From positions 174,654,924 to 174,718,923 of the forward strand of contig NC_090374.1 in NCBI RefSeq assembly GCF_036365525.1: DNA of 64,000 bases, given 5' to 3'. Under the pieces are notes generated by a model, which saw nothing but the letters and a program-made list of their open reading frames with translations, made no database searches and was not told where the DNA came from. Each line of letters starts with the position of its first letter. Within the stretch, counting starts at the first letter, position 1. Position numbers and translations under genes: made by a program. This document shows positions 1 to 13,519 of the stretch, piece by piece. Source of the stretch: Heterodontus francisci. Taxonomy: Eukaryota.

Positions 1-39
1 GACTAGATCAGCTGTGTTAGTGACCTTACAGCAAAAAAC

Positions 40-860
40 ACTGGCCAGAACTTCCCCACTCTTCTGCAAAAATCAAGTCATGGGATCTTTTACATCCAGC
101 TGAGGGGGAAGACAGACCCTTGGCATAACATCACATCAAAAAGACAGTGGCCGGAATTATATGCCCGCACCCCTCCCACACCCCTAGCAGCGGGCCAGTG
201 GTGGAGGGGGGCGTAAAATTGAGTGGGGGGGTGAGGGGGTAGTGCCGTTCCCGACGCCTTCCCGCCCCGCTGCAATTTTACCAGGGGCGGTGGTGGCGGG
301 AAACGTCCCGCCCACCCACCGCTGCTGGTATTTTACTGCTGGCCAGCACGTGCCTTAGCCCGCACAGAAGGCCCAAACAGGTGGGCGGGGTCGGGGGGGA
401 CACCCTCCTGATCAGGGGCCCCCCAGAAGTCCCAACTGCCCCCATTGAAATAAAGTCCCTCCCCACAACCAACCCCCCCTTACCTCGCCAGGGACCGGCT
501 GATTGTCCCCAGCGAGGCCCCAAAAGCTATCTCTCTTCTGGGTCCGACATCCACAATCCTGTTGGCTGGGTGCAGTCCCAGCAGTTGCCACCACTCCCAA
601 TGGCGTTGCTCTTGGAGTCCCGCCTAAGTCTAATTAAGGGTCTAAGCCACGTAAAATCCTGACATGGCTCCCAGGCCCGGCAGAGGTGGGGTTGCCCTCG
701 GCTTTTTGGCCGGTGCGCGAGGCCTCCCGCCCAACGTAAAATTCCAGCCAGCATCTCTGCCTCAGTGCTGCGCTGTAGTGTTGGATTAGGTGCTCAAGTC
801 TCTGGAGGGGGGCCTGAACCATGACCTTCTGACTCAGGTATGAGAGTGTTGTCAGGTGGG
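40..860 (-). mobile_element. Deu-domain tRNA-derived SINE (SacSINE1/AmnSINE1-like), split by a MITE
   Basis: Reverse-strand Deu core (gggatcttttacatcc..ctgag) before 148. SINE head (ctcaagtctctggag..gaacc..ttctgactc) resumes after 750. Confidence 0.75.
149..749. mobile_element. GC-rich non-autonomous DNA transposon (PIF/Harbinger-like MITE)
   Basis: Imperfect 15-bp TIRs GGCCGGAATTATATG / CGTAAAATTCCAGCC; 3-bp TSD AGT(146-148)/AGC(750-752). Removing it restores the SINE (aagacagcatc). Same family as 58049-58797, in opposite orientation. Confidence 0.75.
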
Positions 861-1104
861 GCACATCTCATTACTTGCAGTAACAGTGTTGACATGCTAC
901 ATGACATTGCACACCACCTGGATTCTGATTAAAGCAGAATTTCAGAGGAGAGACACTCTTCAATTTAAAATATGCCATTAAAACGTACAAGCTGCATTTC
1001 AAGGAAAGTGAGCATGTTTCAATCTGTCAGGATGATGACATGGAAGTGCATAATACTTCCCCAAGGCTTCCAAAATGGCTCTAGCACTTGCTGCCTTCTA
1101 ATAA

Positions 1105-1520
1105 AAAGAAAGATTTGCATTTTTATAGCATCTTTCACAAACACAGGCTATCCCAAAGTGCTTTACAGCTAATAATATAATTTTGAAAGTGCAATCACCA
1201 TTGCAATGTTGGGAAACACTGCAGCCAATTTGCACAAAACAAGCTCCCACAAACAATATAATAATGAACAGATATTCTGCTTTAGTGCCATTGGTTAAGG
1301 GATAAACATCAGCGAGAATTCCCCTGCTCTTCTTCAAAATAATGGCCATTGGCTTTTTTTTTGCACCCACCTGAAAGGGCAGATAGGACCATGGGTCAAC
1401 ATCTCACCTGAAAGACAGCACTCCAAGTGCCAGCTTGGATGTTTGTACTAAAATCCTGGAGTGGAAGTTGAACCAACAACTTTCAGAGCTAGAGGCAAGA
1501 GAGTGCTATCCACTGAGCCA
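1105..1520 (-). mobile_element. Deu-domain SINE, near full length
   Basis: Tail ttgcattt..atagc, Deu core gcagccaatttgcaca..gctcccacaaac, tRNA-like head ending ccactgagcca. Confidence 0.8.
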
Positions 1521-2254
1521 AAAGCAAAAAGATAGAAACCCTGCACTACCTTGACTGGTCTAGCACCAGCTATATAATATTTTTAAATAAAGGACATTAA
1601 CAGAAGTCATAACTTTTAGGGGTCAATAATGTAATTGCAAGGGGCAGATGTCACCACTGATATAATTGAATAATGCTTTATAACAAGCCACATGCTCATA
1701 TTTTCAATCCATGCTCAGAATCTTCATTGGTTACCTAACTCTGCGTATCAGCTTAAAACACATCAAAGCCAGTTAATGATAACATTCAGGCTTCACTTCC
1801 AGTCGGAAATAAATTAAGTCCTTATTTCCGTGCCTCTCCGTGTGAATTAAGCCCATCTCAGCAAGAAAACATTACTGTTTCATAAATCCTTTCCCAGTAT
1901 AAACTGTGTTAATAACCAGGGCAGACTGTGTTGCTGGGGTTAGGCTGTGCAACGATATCATCACATCATTGATCCTATCTGCTGCTGCACATTAGTCAGA
2001 TCTAGACTAGGGTTTAACTCACTTCAAATCAAATTAATTAGAGTTCATGCTCCAGAAAATGTAGCATTTACTGTATTGAAAATTAGCCATGACAATGAGC
2101 ACTGGAGTTTTTAAGAGCAAGCTATTTCAATAGATGGGCCTGATCAAAACTTCCCCTGAAATTATAAGGCAGCAAAAGGTTATTGATACTCAATTCCATT
2201 GTGCATCTGGCAGGAGACATTTGTGTCCCTCATCTATGCCCATCCAATTGGTTT

Positions 2255-2600
2255 TAGCCGTGGTTGCATTCTTGCCTCCTAAGTGAGGAGGGTCATAGAG
2301 TCACAGAGTTAGAGTTATACAGCACAGAAACAGGGCCTTTGGCCCATCGTGTCCATGCTGGCCATCAAGCACCTAACTATTCTAATCCCATGTGGGTGTG
2401 GGTTCATAATCTCACTCTAACAGACTGGAGCACAAAATCCAGGCTTTCAGAGTGCTGCATTGTCTGTGGTGCTGTCTTTCAGAAGAGACATTAAACCATC
2501 GGCCCCATCTGTCCTCTCTGGTGGACATAAAAGATCCCATGGCACTATTTTGAAGAAGAACAGGGGAGTTCTCCTTGGTGTCCTGGGCAATATTTCTCAA
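2255..2600 (+). mobile_element. Deu-domain SINE (5' part) with a CR1 3'-tail fragment inserted at ~2294-2395
   Basis: Head gccgtggttgcattcttgcctc; core ggtggacataaaagatcccatggcactattt; the insert matches a reverse CR1 tail (tacagcacagaaacagggcc). Confidence 0.65.
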
Positions 2601-2689
2601 GCAAAACCTAAATATCGATAACAATGAGCAACATTAGGCCCCTCTGTAGCATGCTGGCAAGTATAACCCAATAATGTATTCAGTCAAAC

Positions 2690-3100
2690 AAATTTGTATT
2701 TCTATAGCACTTTTCACAACCTCAGGATGTCCCAAAGCACTTTACAGTCAATGAAGTACTTTATTGAAGTGCAGTCACTGTTGGAAGGTAGGAAATGCAG
2801 CAGCCAATTTGTGCTCAGCAAGCTCCCACAAAAACAGATAATTTGTGATGTTGGGTGAGGGATAAATATTGGATAGGAGACTGGGGATAACTCCCTTGAC
2901 CTTCTTCAAAATAGTGCCATGGGATCTTTTATGCCTGCCCAAGCAGGCAGACAGTGCCTTGGGTTAATGTCACATCCAAACGACAACACCTCTGACAGTG
3001 CAGACTCCCTCAGTAGTGCACTGGGAGTGTCAGACTGGATTTGGTATTCAAGTCTCTGGAGTGGAATTTGAACCCATGACCTTCGAACTCAGAGCTGAGA
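2690..3100 (-). mobile_element. Deu-domain SINE
   Basis: Full tail, core and head motifs on the reverse strand. Confidence 0.8.
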
Positions 3101-3150
3101 GCATCAGCGGCAGCTCTGTGGGTAGCCCTCTCTCACCTCCGAGTCAGGAG

Positions 3151-3903
3151 TGTTACGACAAAGTGAGAAATGTGTCGAGGGGTCTTTTGCTGTCTTTACC
3201 TGGTCTTATTGTAACAGGGTTTAATTTTAAACACACTGTGTTTTGAGCTCCCCCTTTGTGAATCCTTGTTCACAACTTTCCAATTATAAGGCAAAGAAAT
3301 GAGCAAAAACAGGCTTTCTTTGGTTTAAAGTAGAAAGATGAAATTTATTAAACCTTAAACGTAAACTCTAATATGGTCCATACCTACGGATATATGACGC
3401 ACCCACGCTAGCATACACATGTGATATAAACATGCAGATAGGGGAAGAAAAGATAAGTAGAACAGTTTGAGGCAATATCTTGTTACTGTTTCTCGAGCTC
3501 GCTGTAGTCCTTGATTGAAGATATGGTCTTGTGTTTCGTTCGGGCCCAGTAGTCTTCTTAAAACCTTGTTCACGTGGGAAACCCTTCTCTCTTTGAGTTT
3601 TACGTGTTTTCACAAGATTCAGTTCTGTGGGAAGAGATGAAGGCAGGCAGACATGAGCACATGGCGTTCTGTTCAAATCCTTTATTGGAAGTTCAAATTC
3701 TCTGCAACAGCCAGTTAGTCATGTGACTAAAACTGGTTTGACCACTTCTGTGTATTGGGGAAGCAACTGCTGGGTCCCCATTGTTTCAACATTGTTTGGT
3801 ACTCTGCAATGTTATTCCAGTCAGGGCTTGCAATTTTAAGCTTTTGCTCATGTGGCGAAATAATGTGTGCCTCAGTCTTGGCAGGTAGGTGGTTTGCCTG
3901 ACA
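3151..3903 (-). mobile_element. Solo LTR, related to the LTRs of the Gmr1/Gypsy element at 11853-16446
   Basis: TG...CA termini (tgttacgac...gcctgaca) and a perfect 4-bp TSD GGAG (3147-3150 / 3904-3907). Shares blocks with LTR 11853-12765. Inserted in a SINE head. Confidence 0.9.
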
Positions 3904-4725
3904 GGAGGTTGTGGATTAAGGGGAGAAAATAGAGGCAGTGTAAGTGTCAAGCTAAAACTCAAATCATTCTTTTTGGTAGATGTCATTTTTCCAGCGGTTG
4001 TCTGTAGTTCTTGGATAGGCGCAAGTACAGAAATACATAGCAAGATTGTCACTTATGTCACTGTGGCACATTCATCAGGGAAAAGGACTGTAGGGATATC
4101 TAACAGCAGCTTTGGGTACAAAGTGTTGAGCTTTTCTTAAGAGAACTCTTATAAGAATGAAAATCCCCAGTTTTGACAGTGGTGGGCTTTAAGAGCTGGG
4201 GTGGGGAGGAGGAGTTTCTTCCTCAACACCTTCCATGCCTAGAAGCCAGAGCAATTGGCAGTCTTGGCTCCTTGTCGTGTGGGGAACACTCTGGAGAAGG
4301 CCATAGACCAGGAGCAGGTAGGGTGTCTGCAGCTTGGTTGTGGGTATCTGTATCTGGGGCTTGGCGTTTGATGGTGAGCAGAGAATAACTTAGCTTGGGG
4401 GCCGGTAGGAAGCACTCCTGCTTGTCCTGGCCCACGAGCAGTGCTGTTAAGGCACTTACCATTTCCACGCAGCAGTCCTTTCCTCCCTTTACCTCCTAGG
4501 TTTCCTGAGAAACCCGGGCAACCAGGGTTAAGCCTGGAAGGCAGGTTAAATCAGAGGCATGTAGCCTTATTATAATATTTAAATGACCTCCTGCGGGCAG
4601 GTTGGTTTCCCACCTGCCATCGTGCCTCTGTTAAAACTGAAAGTGGGCAATTTGGGGTCGGCTTGAGATTTAAAAACATTTTAACATTACACCTGACCCA
4701 ACTCACCGTTTATTATGGTTAAAAT

Positions 4726-7464
4726 TGCAGTACAAGGGTTAATGTTTGGGACAGTGTGAATAACACCTCCCACTGTGATGATGTAAGAGATCACATGAGA
4801 GAGAGAGATTTGAAGGAGAAGCAGCATGGCATCAGTGGAGTTAGAAATACTTAGGTAAAGCTGTATATCTTCTTCTTCTTTGGCCTCCTTGTCTTGAGAG
4901 ACAATGGATACACGCCTGGAGGTGGTCAGTGGTTTGTGAAGCAGCGTCTGGAGTGGCTATAAAGGCCAATTCTAGAGTGACAGACTCTTCCACAGGTGCT
5001 GCAGAGAAAATTGGTTGTCAGGGCTGTTACACAGTTGGCTCTCCCCTTGCGCTTCTGTCCTTTTTGCTGCCAACTGCTAAGTCTCTTCAACTCGCCACAC
5101 TTTAGCCCTGCCTTTATGGCTGCCCGCCAGCTCTGGCAATCGCTGGCAACTGACTCCCACGACTTGTGATCAATGTCACAGACCTTCATGTCGCATTTGC
5201 AGACGTTTTTAAAGCAGAGACATGGACGGCCAGTGGGTCTGATACCAGTGACGAGCTCGCTGTACAATGTGTCCTTGGGGATCCTGCCATCTTCCATGCG
5301 GCTCACATGGCCAAGCCATCTCAAGCGCCGCTGGATCAGTAGGGTGTATGTGCTGGGGATGTTGGCTGCCTCGAGGACTTCTGTGTTGGAGATACGGTCC
5401 TGCCACCTGATGCCAAGGATTTTCCGGAGGCAGCAAAGATGGAATGAATTGAGACGTCGCTCTTGGCTGACATGCGTTGTCCAGACCTCGCTGCCGTGGA
5501 GCAAGGTACTGACGACACAGGCTTGATACACTCGGACTTTTGTGTTCCGTGTCAGTGCGCCATTTTCCCACACTCTCTTGGCCAGTCTGGACATAGCAGT
5601 GGAAGCCTTTCCCATGCGCTTGTTGATTTCTGCATCAAGAGACAGGTTACTGGTGATAGTTGAGCCTAGGTAGGTGAACTCTTGAACCACTTCCAGAGTG
5701 TGGTCGCCAATATTGATGGATGGAGTATTTCTGACGTCCTGTCCCATGATCTTCGTTTTCTTGAGGCTGATGGTTAGGCCAAATTTGTTGCAGGCAGCCG
5801 TAATCCTGTCGATGAGTCTCTGCAGACACTCTTCAGTGTGAGATGTTAAAGCAGCATCGTCAGCAAAGAGGAGTTCCCTGATGAGGACTTTCCGTACTTT
5901 GGTCTTCGCTCTTAGACGGGCAAGGTTGAACAGCCTGCCACCAGATCTTGTGTGGAGGAAAATTCCTTCTTCTGACGACTTGAACGCATGTGAGAGCAGC
6001 AGGGAGAAGAAGATCCCAAACAGTGTGGGTGCGAGAACACAGCCCTGTTTCACGTCACTCAGCATAAGAAAGGGGTCTGATGAGGCGCTGCTATGTTGAA
6101 TTGTACCTTTCATATTGTCATGGAATGAGGTGATGATACTTAGTAGCTTAGGTGGACATCCGGTCTGAAGAGACGAGGTCAAAGGCTTTGGTGAGATCAA
6201 TGAAAGCAACGGAGAGGGGCATCTGTTGTTCACGGCATTTCTCCTGTAGCTGGTGAAGGGAGAACAGCATGTCAATGGTCGATCTCTCTGCTCGAAAGCC
6301 ACACTGTGCCTCAGGGTAGACGCGCTCAGCCAGCTTCTGGAGCCTGTTTAAAGCGACTCGAGCGAAGACTTTCCCCACTATGCTGAGCAGGGAGATTCCA
6401 CGGTATTGTTTCAGTCATCGCGGTCACCCTTGTTCTTATAGAGGGTGATGATATTGGCATCGCGCATGTCCTGTGGTACTGCTCCCTCGTCCTAGCACAG
6501 GCAAAGCAGTTCGTAGAGTGCTGAGAGTATAGCAGGCTTGGCACTCTTGATTATTTCAGTGGTAATGCCGTCCTTCCCAGCGTCTTTTCCGCTGGCTGGA
6601 GAATCAATGGCATCACTGAGTTCCGATTTTGTTGGCTGTTCGTCCAGCTCATCCATGACTGGTAGAGACAGGGCTGCATTGAGGGCGGTCTCAGTGATAA
6701 CATTTTCCCTGGAGTACAGTTCTAGGTAGTGCTCCACCCAGCGGTCCATTTGCTTGCATTGGTCAGTGATTGTGTCCCCTGATTTAGATTTGAGGGGGGC
6801 GATCTTCTTGATGGTTGGCCCAAAAAGCTCTCTTAATGCCATCATACATTCCTCTGATATTTCCGGTGTCTGAGGCCAGCTGAATATGACTGCATAGGTG
6901 TTGCCAGTAGTCAAATTTCGCAGCGCCTGGCTGTACTTTGTGCAGCGCTTCTGGCTGCTTTAAGTGCTACGGATGTTAACTCGCTGGGGACTTTCTTGTA
7001 GTTCAGCAGTGCAATGCGCTTAGCGGCTATGACAGGTTCCAGCTCTTCAAAGTGAGATTGAAACCAGTCTACATTCCGCTTCACACGTTTGCCATAGGTG
7101 GTCATTGCTGAGTCATAGATGGTGTCTCTGATGTGGGCCCATTTGGTCTCTTCATCCCCTGTGGGAGTGTTCTGAAGGGCTTTTTCAAGTGAATTTAGAA
7201 ACCTATGTAACAGCTGTGGAAGAGAGATTCTGTTAGTGTTGATGCGCAGGTGGCCCTTCTGCTTGGAATGATGCAGCTTCTTTGGTTTGAGTCTAACCTT
7301 GCTGCACACCAGGGAGTGGTCGGTGTCGCAGTCTGCATTGTGGAAGCTGGGTGTGATTTGAACGCTGTTTAAAGAGGCTCGCCTTGTGACGATCAGAACC
7401 AGCTTGTTAAAACTTACCAAAGACTCAGTAATCTCTCCTAGCTAGACTAGCCAAATATACAACA
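4726..7464 (+). mobile_element. Possible short solo LTR (~210 bp: 4726-4868 and 7394-7464) interrupted by the RTE LINE
   Basis: tgcagtacaagggttaatg ... tatacaaca termini flank the RTE; flanks aaaat/aaaag give only an imperfect TSD. Confidence 0.35.
4869..7393 (-). mobile_element. RTE-clade LINE, 5'-truncated, frameshifted ORF (end of APE domain, RT, C2H2 finger)
   Basis: ORF pieces with KQGCVLAPTLF, LFADD and CSTCGRVCHSRIGLYSH; (GAA)n tail read as cttcttctt at 4869. Confidence 0.95.
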
Positions 7465-7471
7465 AAAAGTG

Positions 7472-7925
7472 TCAACCCTGGCTCAGTGGGCAGCACTCTC
7501 ACCTTTGAGTCAGAGGTTGTGGGTTCAAGACCCTCTTTAGAAACCTAAGCACAAAATCCAAGTTGATCCTCCCATCGCAGTACCGAAGGAGTGCTGCACT
7601 TTCCGAGCTGCCGTCTTTTGATAAGATGTTAAACCAAGGTCCCGTCTGCCATCTCAGGTGGGTGTAAAAGATCCCAAGGCCACTATTTCAAATAAGAGCA
7701 GTGGAGTTCTCCCCAGTGTCCTGAACAATATTTATCGCTTAATCAACATCACTAAGAAACAGATTATCTGGTCATTATCACATTGCTGTTTGCGGGTGCT
7801 TGCTGTGTGTAAATTGGTTGTCGCATTTCCTATATGACAATAGTGACTATACTTCAAAAGTACTTCATTGTCTGTAAAGCACATTGGGAAATCGTGAAAG
7901 GCACTATATAAATGCAAGTCTTTCT
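7472..7925 (+). mobile_element. Deu-domain SINE, full length
   Basis: A-box tggctcagtgg, B-box ggttcaaga, Deu core, tail gcactatataaatgcaagtc. Confidence 0.85.
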
Positions 7926-8509
7926 TCCACTTTCTACCACTGAGCCACAGCTAATACCTGTTATGACTGTAGGGCAAGGAACTGTAAATTGTCTTTTGTG
8001 TCACTAAGAGAAAAGGGTGTTTAATACCTTCAACTCAAGACTTAGACATGCGAATTTGAAAGCTCAAAAAACATTGTTGCTTAGATGAATCACGACTGCC
8101 TAGAGGGAATGCTCCTATGCTGTTTGATGTCAACTACAAAGCTTTCAGCGATATTATGTAACTCATCATTATATTAGTTCTGATCTTCATATGTGGTTTT
8201 TGCAGGAGAAGACTAAACACTATGAGGGTGGAACTGAATAAAGTTATTAGATAGAGACACAGAGTTGTAAAGCTGAAATGTGCTTCTAATTATCCTGTAG
8301 CATCACACTGTTCTGGTTGAGCCTGGGTGCAATCTTAACAACAAACAGTCCTTTGTTAAATCTGTATTTGATCAGTGAGTTGGAGGATATGCTGTTTCAT
8401 AACAATAGGGCTGTTATGAGCTCAGGGCCACTTATTTTTAGTGACTGAAAATTCTGCCTATATAACATGGCATTCTAATTTTGTTAATGGTGCTTTGTGG
8501 GAAGCAAAA

Positions 8510-8960
8510 TAGACTTTCCTTTCTATAACACCTTTCACAACCTCAGGACATCCCAGACGACTTTATAGCCAATGAAGTAGTTTTTGACGTGTCATCGCTG
8601 TCGTACTGTAGGAAATGCCAATTTGTGCATAGCAAGATCCCATAAACAGCAATATGATAATGACCAGATAATCTGTTTTTTTAGGTGCTGTTGTGTGAGC
8701 AATAAATATTGGCCAGAAAACTGGGGAAAACTCTCCTGCTTTTCTTCAAGATAGTGCCGTGGGATCTTTTACAGCCTCGTGAGAGGACACACTGCGTTTT
8801 GGTTTAACATCTCATCTGAAAGACAGTACCCTGGACAGTGCAGCGCTCCCTCAGCACTGTACTGGAAGTGCAGCCTGGATGATATGCTCAAGTCTCTGGA
8901 GTGGGACTTGGACCCACAGCCCTTTGAGGCAAGAGGGTTACCCATTATGTCATGGTTGAA
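8510..8960 (-). mobile_element. Deu-domain SINE
   Basis: Reverse complement of the 7472-7925 family. Confidence 0.8.
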
Positions 8961-9319
8961 ATTCTGCCAAATAAGTCAGAGCTATAAATGAGTGTCATAT
9001 AAATTCCTGTACTTACATATTCAATTCTGAGCCTCACCATTTTGAAAGCTGAGTATTATGTTGACAACAAAGCATGCAAGAGGTATCAATTCGAGGTTAG
9101 TAAGCGGTATGTAGCAGAGCTGGAAAGCTGATGGGATTCAGCTGCATTGACCGCAGTGTTGGGCTTTCGCGGCATTCTTCTTTCTTCATGGTGTGTGTTC
9201 CCAGGCAGTCTGCTGTTGCTGTATAGGTCATGTTGGGGCCACCAAGTAAGATTAACAGATTGTGGTTTCCAGCCTACACCTTCCCTTCCAGCTATATTCC
9301 TTCTCTCAATGAACTGTAT

Positions 9320-9675
9320 TGGTTTAAGATGATTAAAGGATTTGATAGGAATAGAGAGAGAGAACCTATTTCCTCTGGTGGGAGAGTCCAGGACAAGGGG
9401 TAGGAACCCTAAAATTAGAGCTGGGCTGTTCAGAGGTGATGTCAGGAAGAACCTGTTCACACAAAGGGTAGTGGAATGCTGGAACTCTCTCCCCCAAAAA
9501 GCTGTTGAGGTTGGGGGTTAATTGAAACTTTCAAAACCAAGATTGATAAATTGTTGTCAGGCAAGGATATAAAGGAACCAAGGCGGGTGGATGGGGTTAC
9601 GTTACAGATCAGCCATGATCTAACTGATTGGCGGAACAGGCTGGAGGGGCTGAATGGCCTCCTCCTGTTCCTATG
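9320..9675 (+). mobile_element. CR1 LINE 3' fragment
   Basis: ORF2 C-terminus-like sequence (ttcacacaaagggtagtgg..tggaac) and tail gggctgaatggcctcctcctgttcctatg. Confidence 0.8.
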
Positions 9676-10174
9676 AGTTCACCGTTGTTTTTTTTCACCA
9701 ATATAATGGCAAAAAAGTGTGACAGAAATGTGACAACAGATGTAGTCAAGATGTACAGACATTATTGAGAGATCTGTGTCAAAGGGAATGAAAGCTGCTG
9801 CAAATTATTTGGTGCATTGTAGTCAATGCTGAGCCCATATTTAGTGAATGTTTCAAAGCTTTCACAAAACTTGTTCCTGTCACAAACCAGAGCTGGCTGT
9901 TAAAACTGATCCTGATGTACAAGCCACTAAATTGCCATCAATTGCTAATTCTAATCCACCAACCCCAAGACAGTTGACAAGTATACACCTCAAAATTTTT
10001 TTTATATCTATAGAATTGTCTATAGAATCTTTGTACTTGAATTATTACTCAAATTAGTACAGGAATGCAAAGTGAGTGATAACAACTGTTATATGTTTCT
10101 GCAAAAGGATTTAATCAAAACAGAGTGGTGAGAATGATCTCAGTACAACTGTTACATTATTAAGAATGATTTTA

Positions 10175-10575
10175 GAAGGCTGTAGGTTCCAGCCCCACTC
10201 CAGTGCAGTACTGAGGGAATGCTGCACTGTTAGAGGTGCCGTCTTACAGATGAGATGCTAAACTGAGGCCTCGACTGCCCTCTCAGGTGGACTTAAAAGA
10301 TCTCACGGCAACATGGCACTATTTCAAAGAAGAGCAGGGGGAGTTCTCCCCAGTGTCCTGACCAATATTTATCTCTCAATCAACATCAGTATATGAAACA
10401 AATTATCTGGTCATTGACACATTGCTGAGTGTGGGAGCTTGCTGTGTACAAATTGGTTGCTACGTTTCCTGCATTACAATAGTGACTACACTTCAAAAAG
10501 CACTTAACTGGTTGTGAAGCATTTTGGGGTGTTCTGAGGTTGTGAAAGGCGCTATAGAAATTCAAATCTTTCTTT
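10175..10575 (+). mobile_element. Deu-domain SINE
   Basis: Core and tail match the family. Confidence 0.8.
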
Positions 10576-13519
10576 CATCCTTAATGAGAAACTATGGGGT
10601 GAAATTCCCCTTTCAACAAAATTCTCCGTTACTAAGCACCCACAAATTATACTGACATTGCAGAAATTCTTGTTTCAATGGCGCACACTCTGTAATTTCA
10701 TTAGTGGATCAACTATTTTTTTTTTTCTGTACGATCTCAAATTTCATCATCAGAGCAATTCCAGGCCCTAGGACCTTGCATTTTAATAGTCAGAATGAAA
10801 AGAAAATGGAGCAGTAGCTTTGTAATGCAGTTTCCAGGGCAACGTACCAGCGCAGAATACATCAGGACTGTAGTCATAACTGAGATAGTGTTTGAGATTT
10901 TATAGTATTGTGTTCACAGTGTACTACTGAATGTCAGGTGTAAATTACAGTATACATTTGTGCAGGATTCAGCGTGAGTGAATTCTTCAACTGTTACTTT
11001 GAACAGCAGGTCTAGGGGATTGGTTGAAAGTATTTTTCTTCACAATTTGTATATATATATAGATATAGATATATATTTGAGATTGGATAAAACAGCCTGA
11101 AATCTAGTAGTGAAATATTGTTTTAATGGTTCGGGCTTAAGTAGTCTTGTCCCATATTGTTTTGCATTTAGATCTTTTAATAGAGTTCGTATGGAAGAAC
11201 ATTTTACCAGTAGGACGTTTTGACAGTATACAACATAATAGATTAACAGCTTGACATAAGTAAATGGTAGCAGGGAGTAGTGAGCATTCAGGGCTACAGT
11301 AAATGGGGATGTGTAGAAACTACAGATGCACACTGGATGGGCTTGGGTGGAAGGTTTAGAACATTTGGTGAAAAATAAGGCAAGACAGCTCAACAATACA
11401 GACATCAGCATTAATATCGATATATTACAAATGTACTCTATGTGATAAATGGCTTTGATTAGGTTGTTACAATTCTGCAGGGCAAAACCAAAGAATCAAG
11501 ATATGTTATCAGTTTAAGACAAATTTATGAAGCATCAACCGATCTGTGTAAAGAATTATAGTCTAGTTTGGAGCCAACATGTTTGGTTTAGCTTATTATT
11601 AACCCGGAAAGAATGGGTACCTATATAACCGTGGGCAATTATCTCATCCTCCACCAATAAGCAATGAAGTTCTTTATATTCCAGCTAAATTGAAGTCGAT
11701 GCAGTGCACCTACTGGTGCAGTAGTATATGACACACAAGGATCATATGACAATAATCTCAGAATTGATAGGTTAAGAGCAAATCATCTGACATTGCTTAC
11801 AAACTGCCTTGGAGCTGTATAATTAGGATCACTTACAGTAGACCTTTGATAGTGTTATGACCAGGTGAGAAGGGGTCAAGGGGTTCCCTCTCAGCCTTTG
11901 CCAGCTTTAACCGTAACAGGGTTTAATTTGAAAACACCGTGTTTTTAGCTCCCCCTCAGTGAATCTTTGTTCACTGCTCCAATTGTAAGGCAAAGAAATC
12001 AAACAGGTTTCCATAGATTTAAACAAGAAAGGTAGAAGTTTATTAATCTTAAACTCTAATCCGGTTAACGACTACGAATATGCGAGGCGACCACGCTGGC
12101 ATGCATACGCGATAAACACACCCGCAGATAGAGACAGAAAAAGTAGAAAAGAATAAAGGGGAAAAGATTGAGGCAATATCTGGTAGTTACAGTCCTTCAA
12201 GTTTAATGTGGAGTCTTTGGTTACCGGTAAGTCTTGCAATTCGTTGGGGCCCAGTTCACGCTTCAACTTGTTCTGATGTAGGAGTCTTTTCTCACTTGAG
12301 GTTTATGTGTCTTCCGTGGGTCCGGTAGCTTGGGAGAAAGTGAGAGAGAGGCTTCTTTGTTCCAGATTCAGTTGCACACTCCTTCTGAATTCAAGCTGTC
12401 CTGTGGCTAGTTCATAAAGCCTGGACCAGCCAGTTAGTCATGTGGCCAGCTGGTTTAAACAGTCCTGGTTTGTCTTAGCAGGGCCTGGAATGCAATTCCT
12501 TACACCTTCGCCTTTGCATGCTAGTGTGGTCGCGTCGCATATTCGTAGTCGTTAACAGGTGATGAAAATCCATTTGGGTTAATTTGAGCAGGGAATAGCC
12601 CTTTGTCTCCACAAGCAGCATCTCTTAGTATGTAAATATCCTTCCAGCCCAGTATCTGGTGATCTTCAAACTAGTCATTTCTTCAATCCAGCAACAGTTT
12701 AAAATCAATGTTCAGATGACAAAATTAATATGCCTCATTCTTGGCAGGTGGGGATATGCATGACATCTCCACACCCAGCGGAATGAAATGCAATTTTTAA
12801 AAAAGGATCATTTCATTAAAAGGGACTAGAGAGAAGATAAGGGCAGGAACACACACATGCATCTCTCTCATTCATTCAGAACACTAACAACTGTTACAGC
12901 CTGTCTTTTCTTGGTAGCAGTGCTGCTTTAAGTGGCCCTTTTTGGCATCCCAATAAACATGTGGTTTTTGGGGAAGTTTTTCCAGTTTGCACATTTCTAT
13001 TACTGCCTAAGGGGTCTTTGTTCTTGTTGAGATCTGCGGGGGAGGGTTAGGCTTAATTAGTCCTTGGTTAGAGTGCTGCTCAGGAGCGGCAGCAGTGGGC
13101 GGTTCCACTCTGAACTCTCTTTCAGTGCTTTGATGAGTCATGCAAGGGCTTTGCACCTCAGGGAATGGCTGGTTCCCTTTTCTCCTGACTGTGGGGGTCG
13201 GTTCTTTGCTAAACCTCCCTTTGTCCTCTCGGGCACTCCTGCTTGAAGGTATTTGTCCAGATTCTGTTGCACTCCCCTGCAGCACTTCGACTAAGTGAGG
13301 CATCACCCTCACCGTTTCTCTGCCCTCTTGAGGACTTTCTTTGTCTCTTCAGGTTCCTGTAAATGCTGCTAGCCACTCTGGTGGGGTGCCTCTAGTGTCT
13401 GCATTTACATAGGAGGATGTGGGGTCTAACGTTTCAAATATTTCGGGGTTTCTCCCGGACTTCTTTTAACCTGCCTTCATGGTCTATTTTTCCCCTTTCT
13501 AACCTGTTGCCAGCCTTGT

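Noticed and set aside
90-864. Cluster of overlapping GC-rich ORFs (also at 21476-22221, 56261-56885 and 58162-58807)
   Set aside because: They lie inside MITEs; stop-poor GC-rich DNA; no recognisable domains.
7478-7545. tRNA-like A/B boxes (also ~61352-61428)
   Set aside because: These are SINE heads, not tRNA genes; no full cloverleaf.
10596-10768. Possible small MITE (ggggtgaaatt...aattccaggccc)
   Set aside because: TIR and TSD too degenerate to support.
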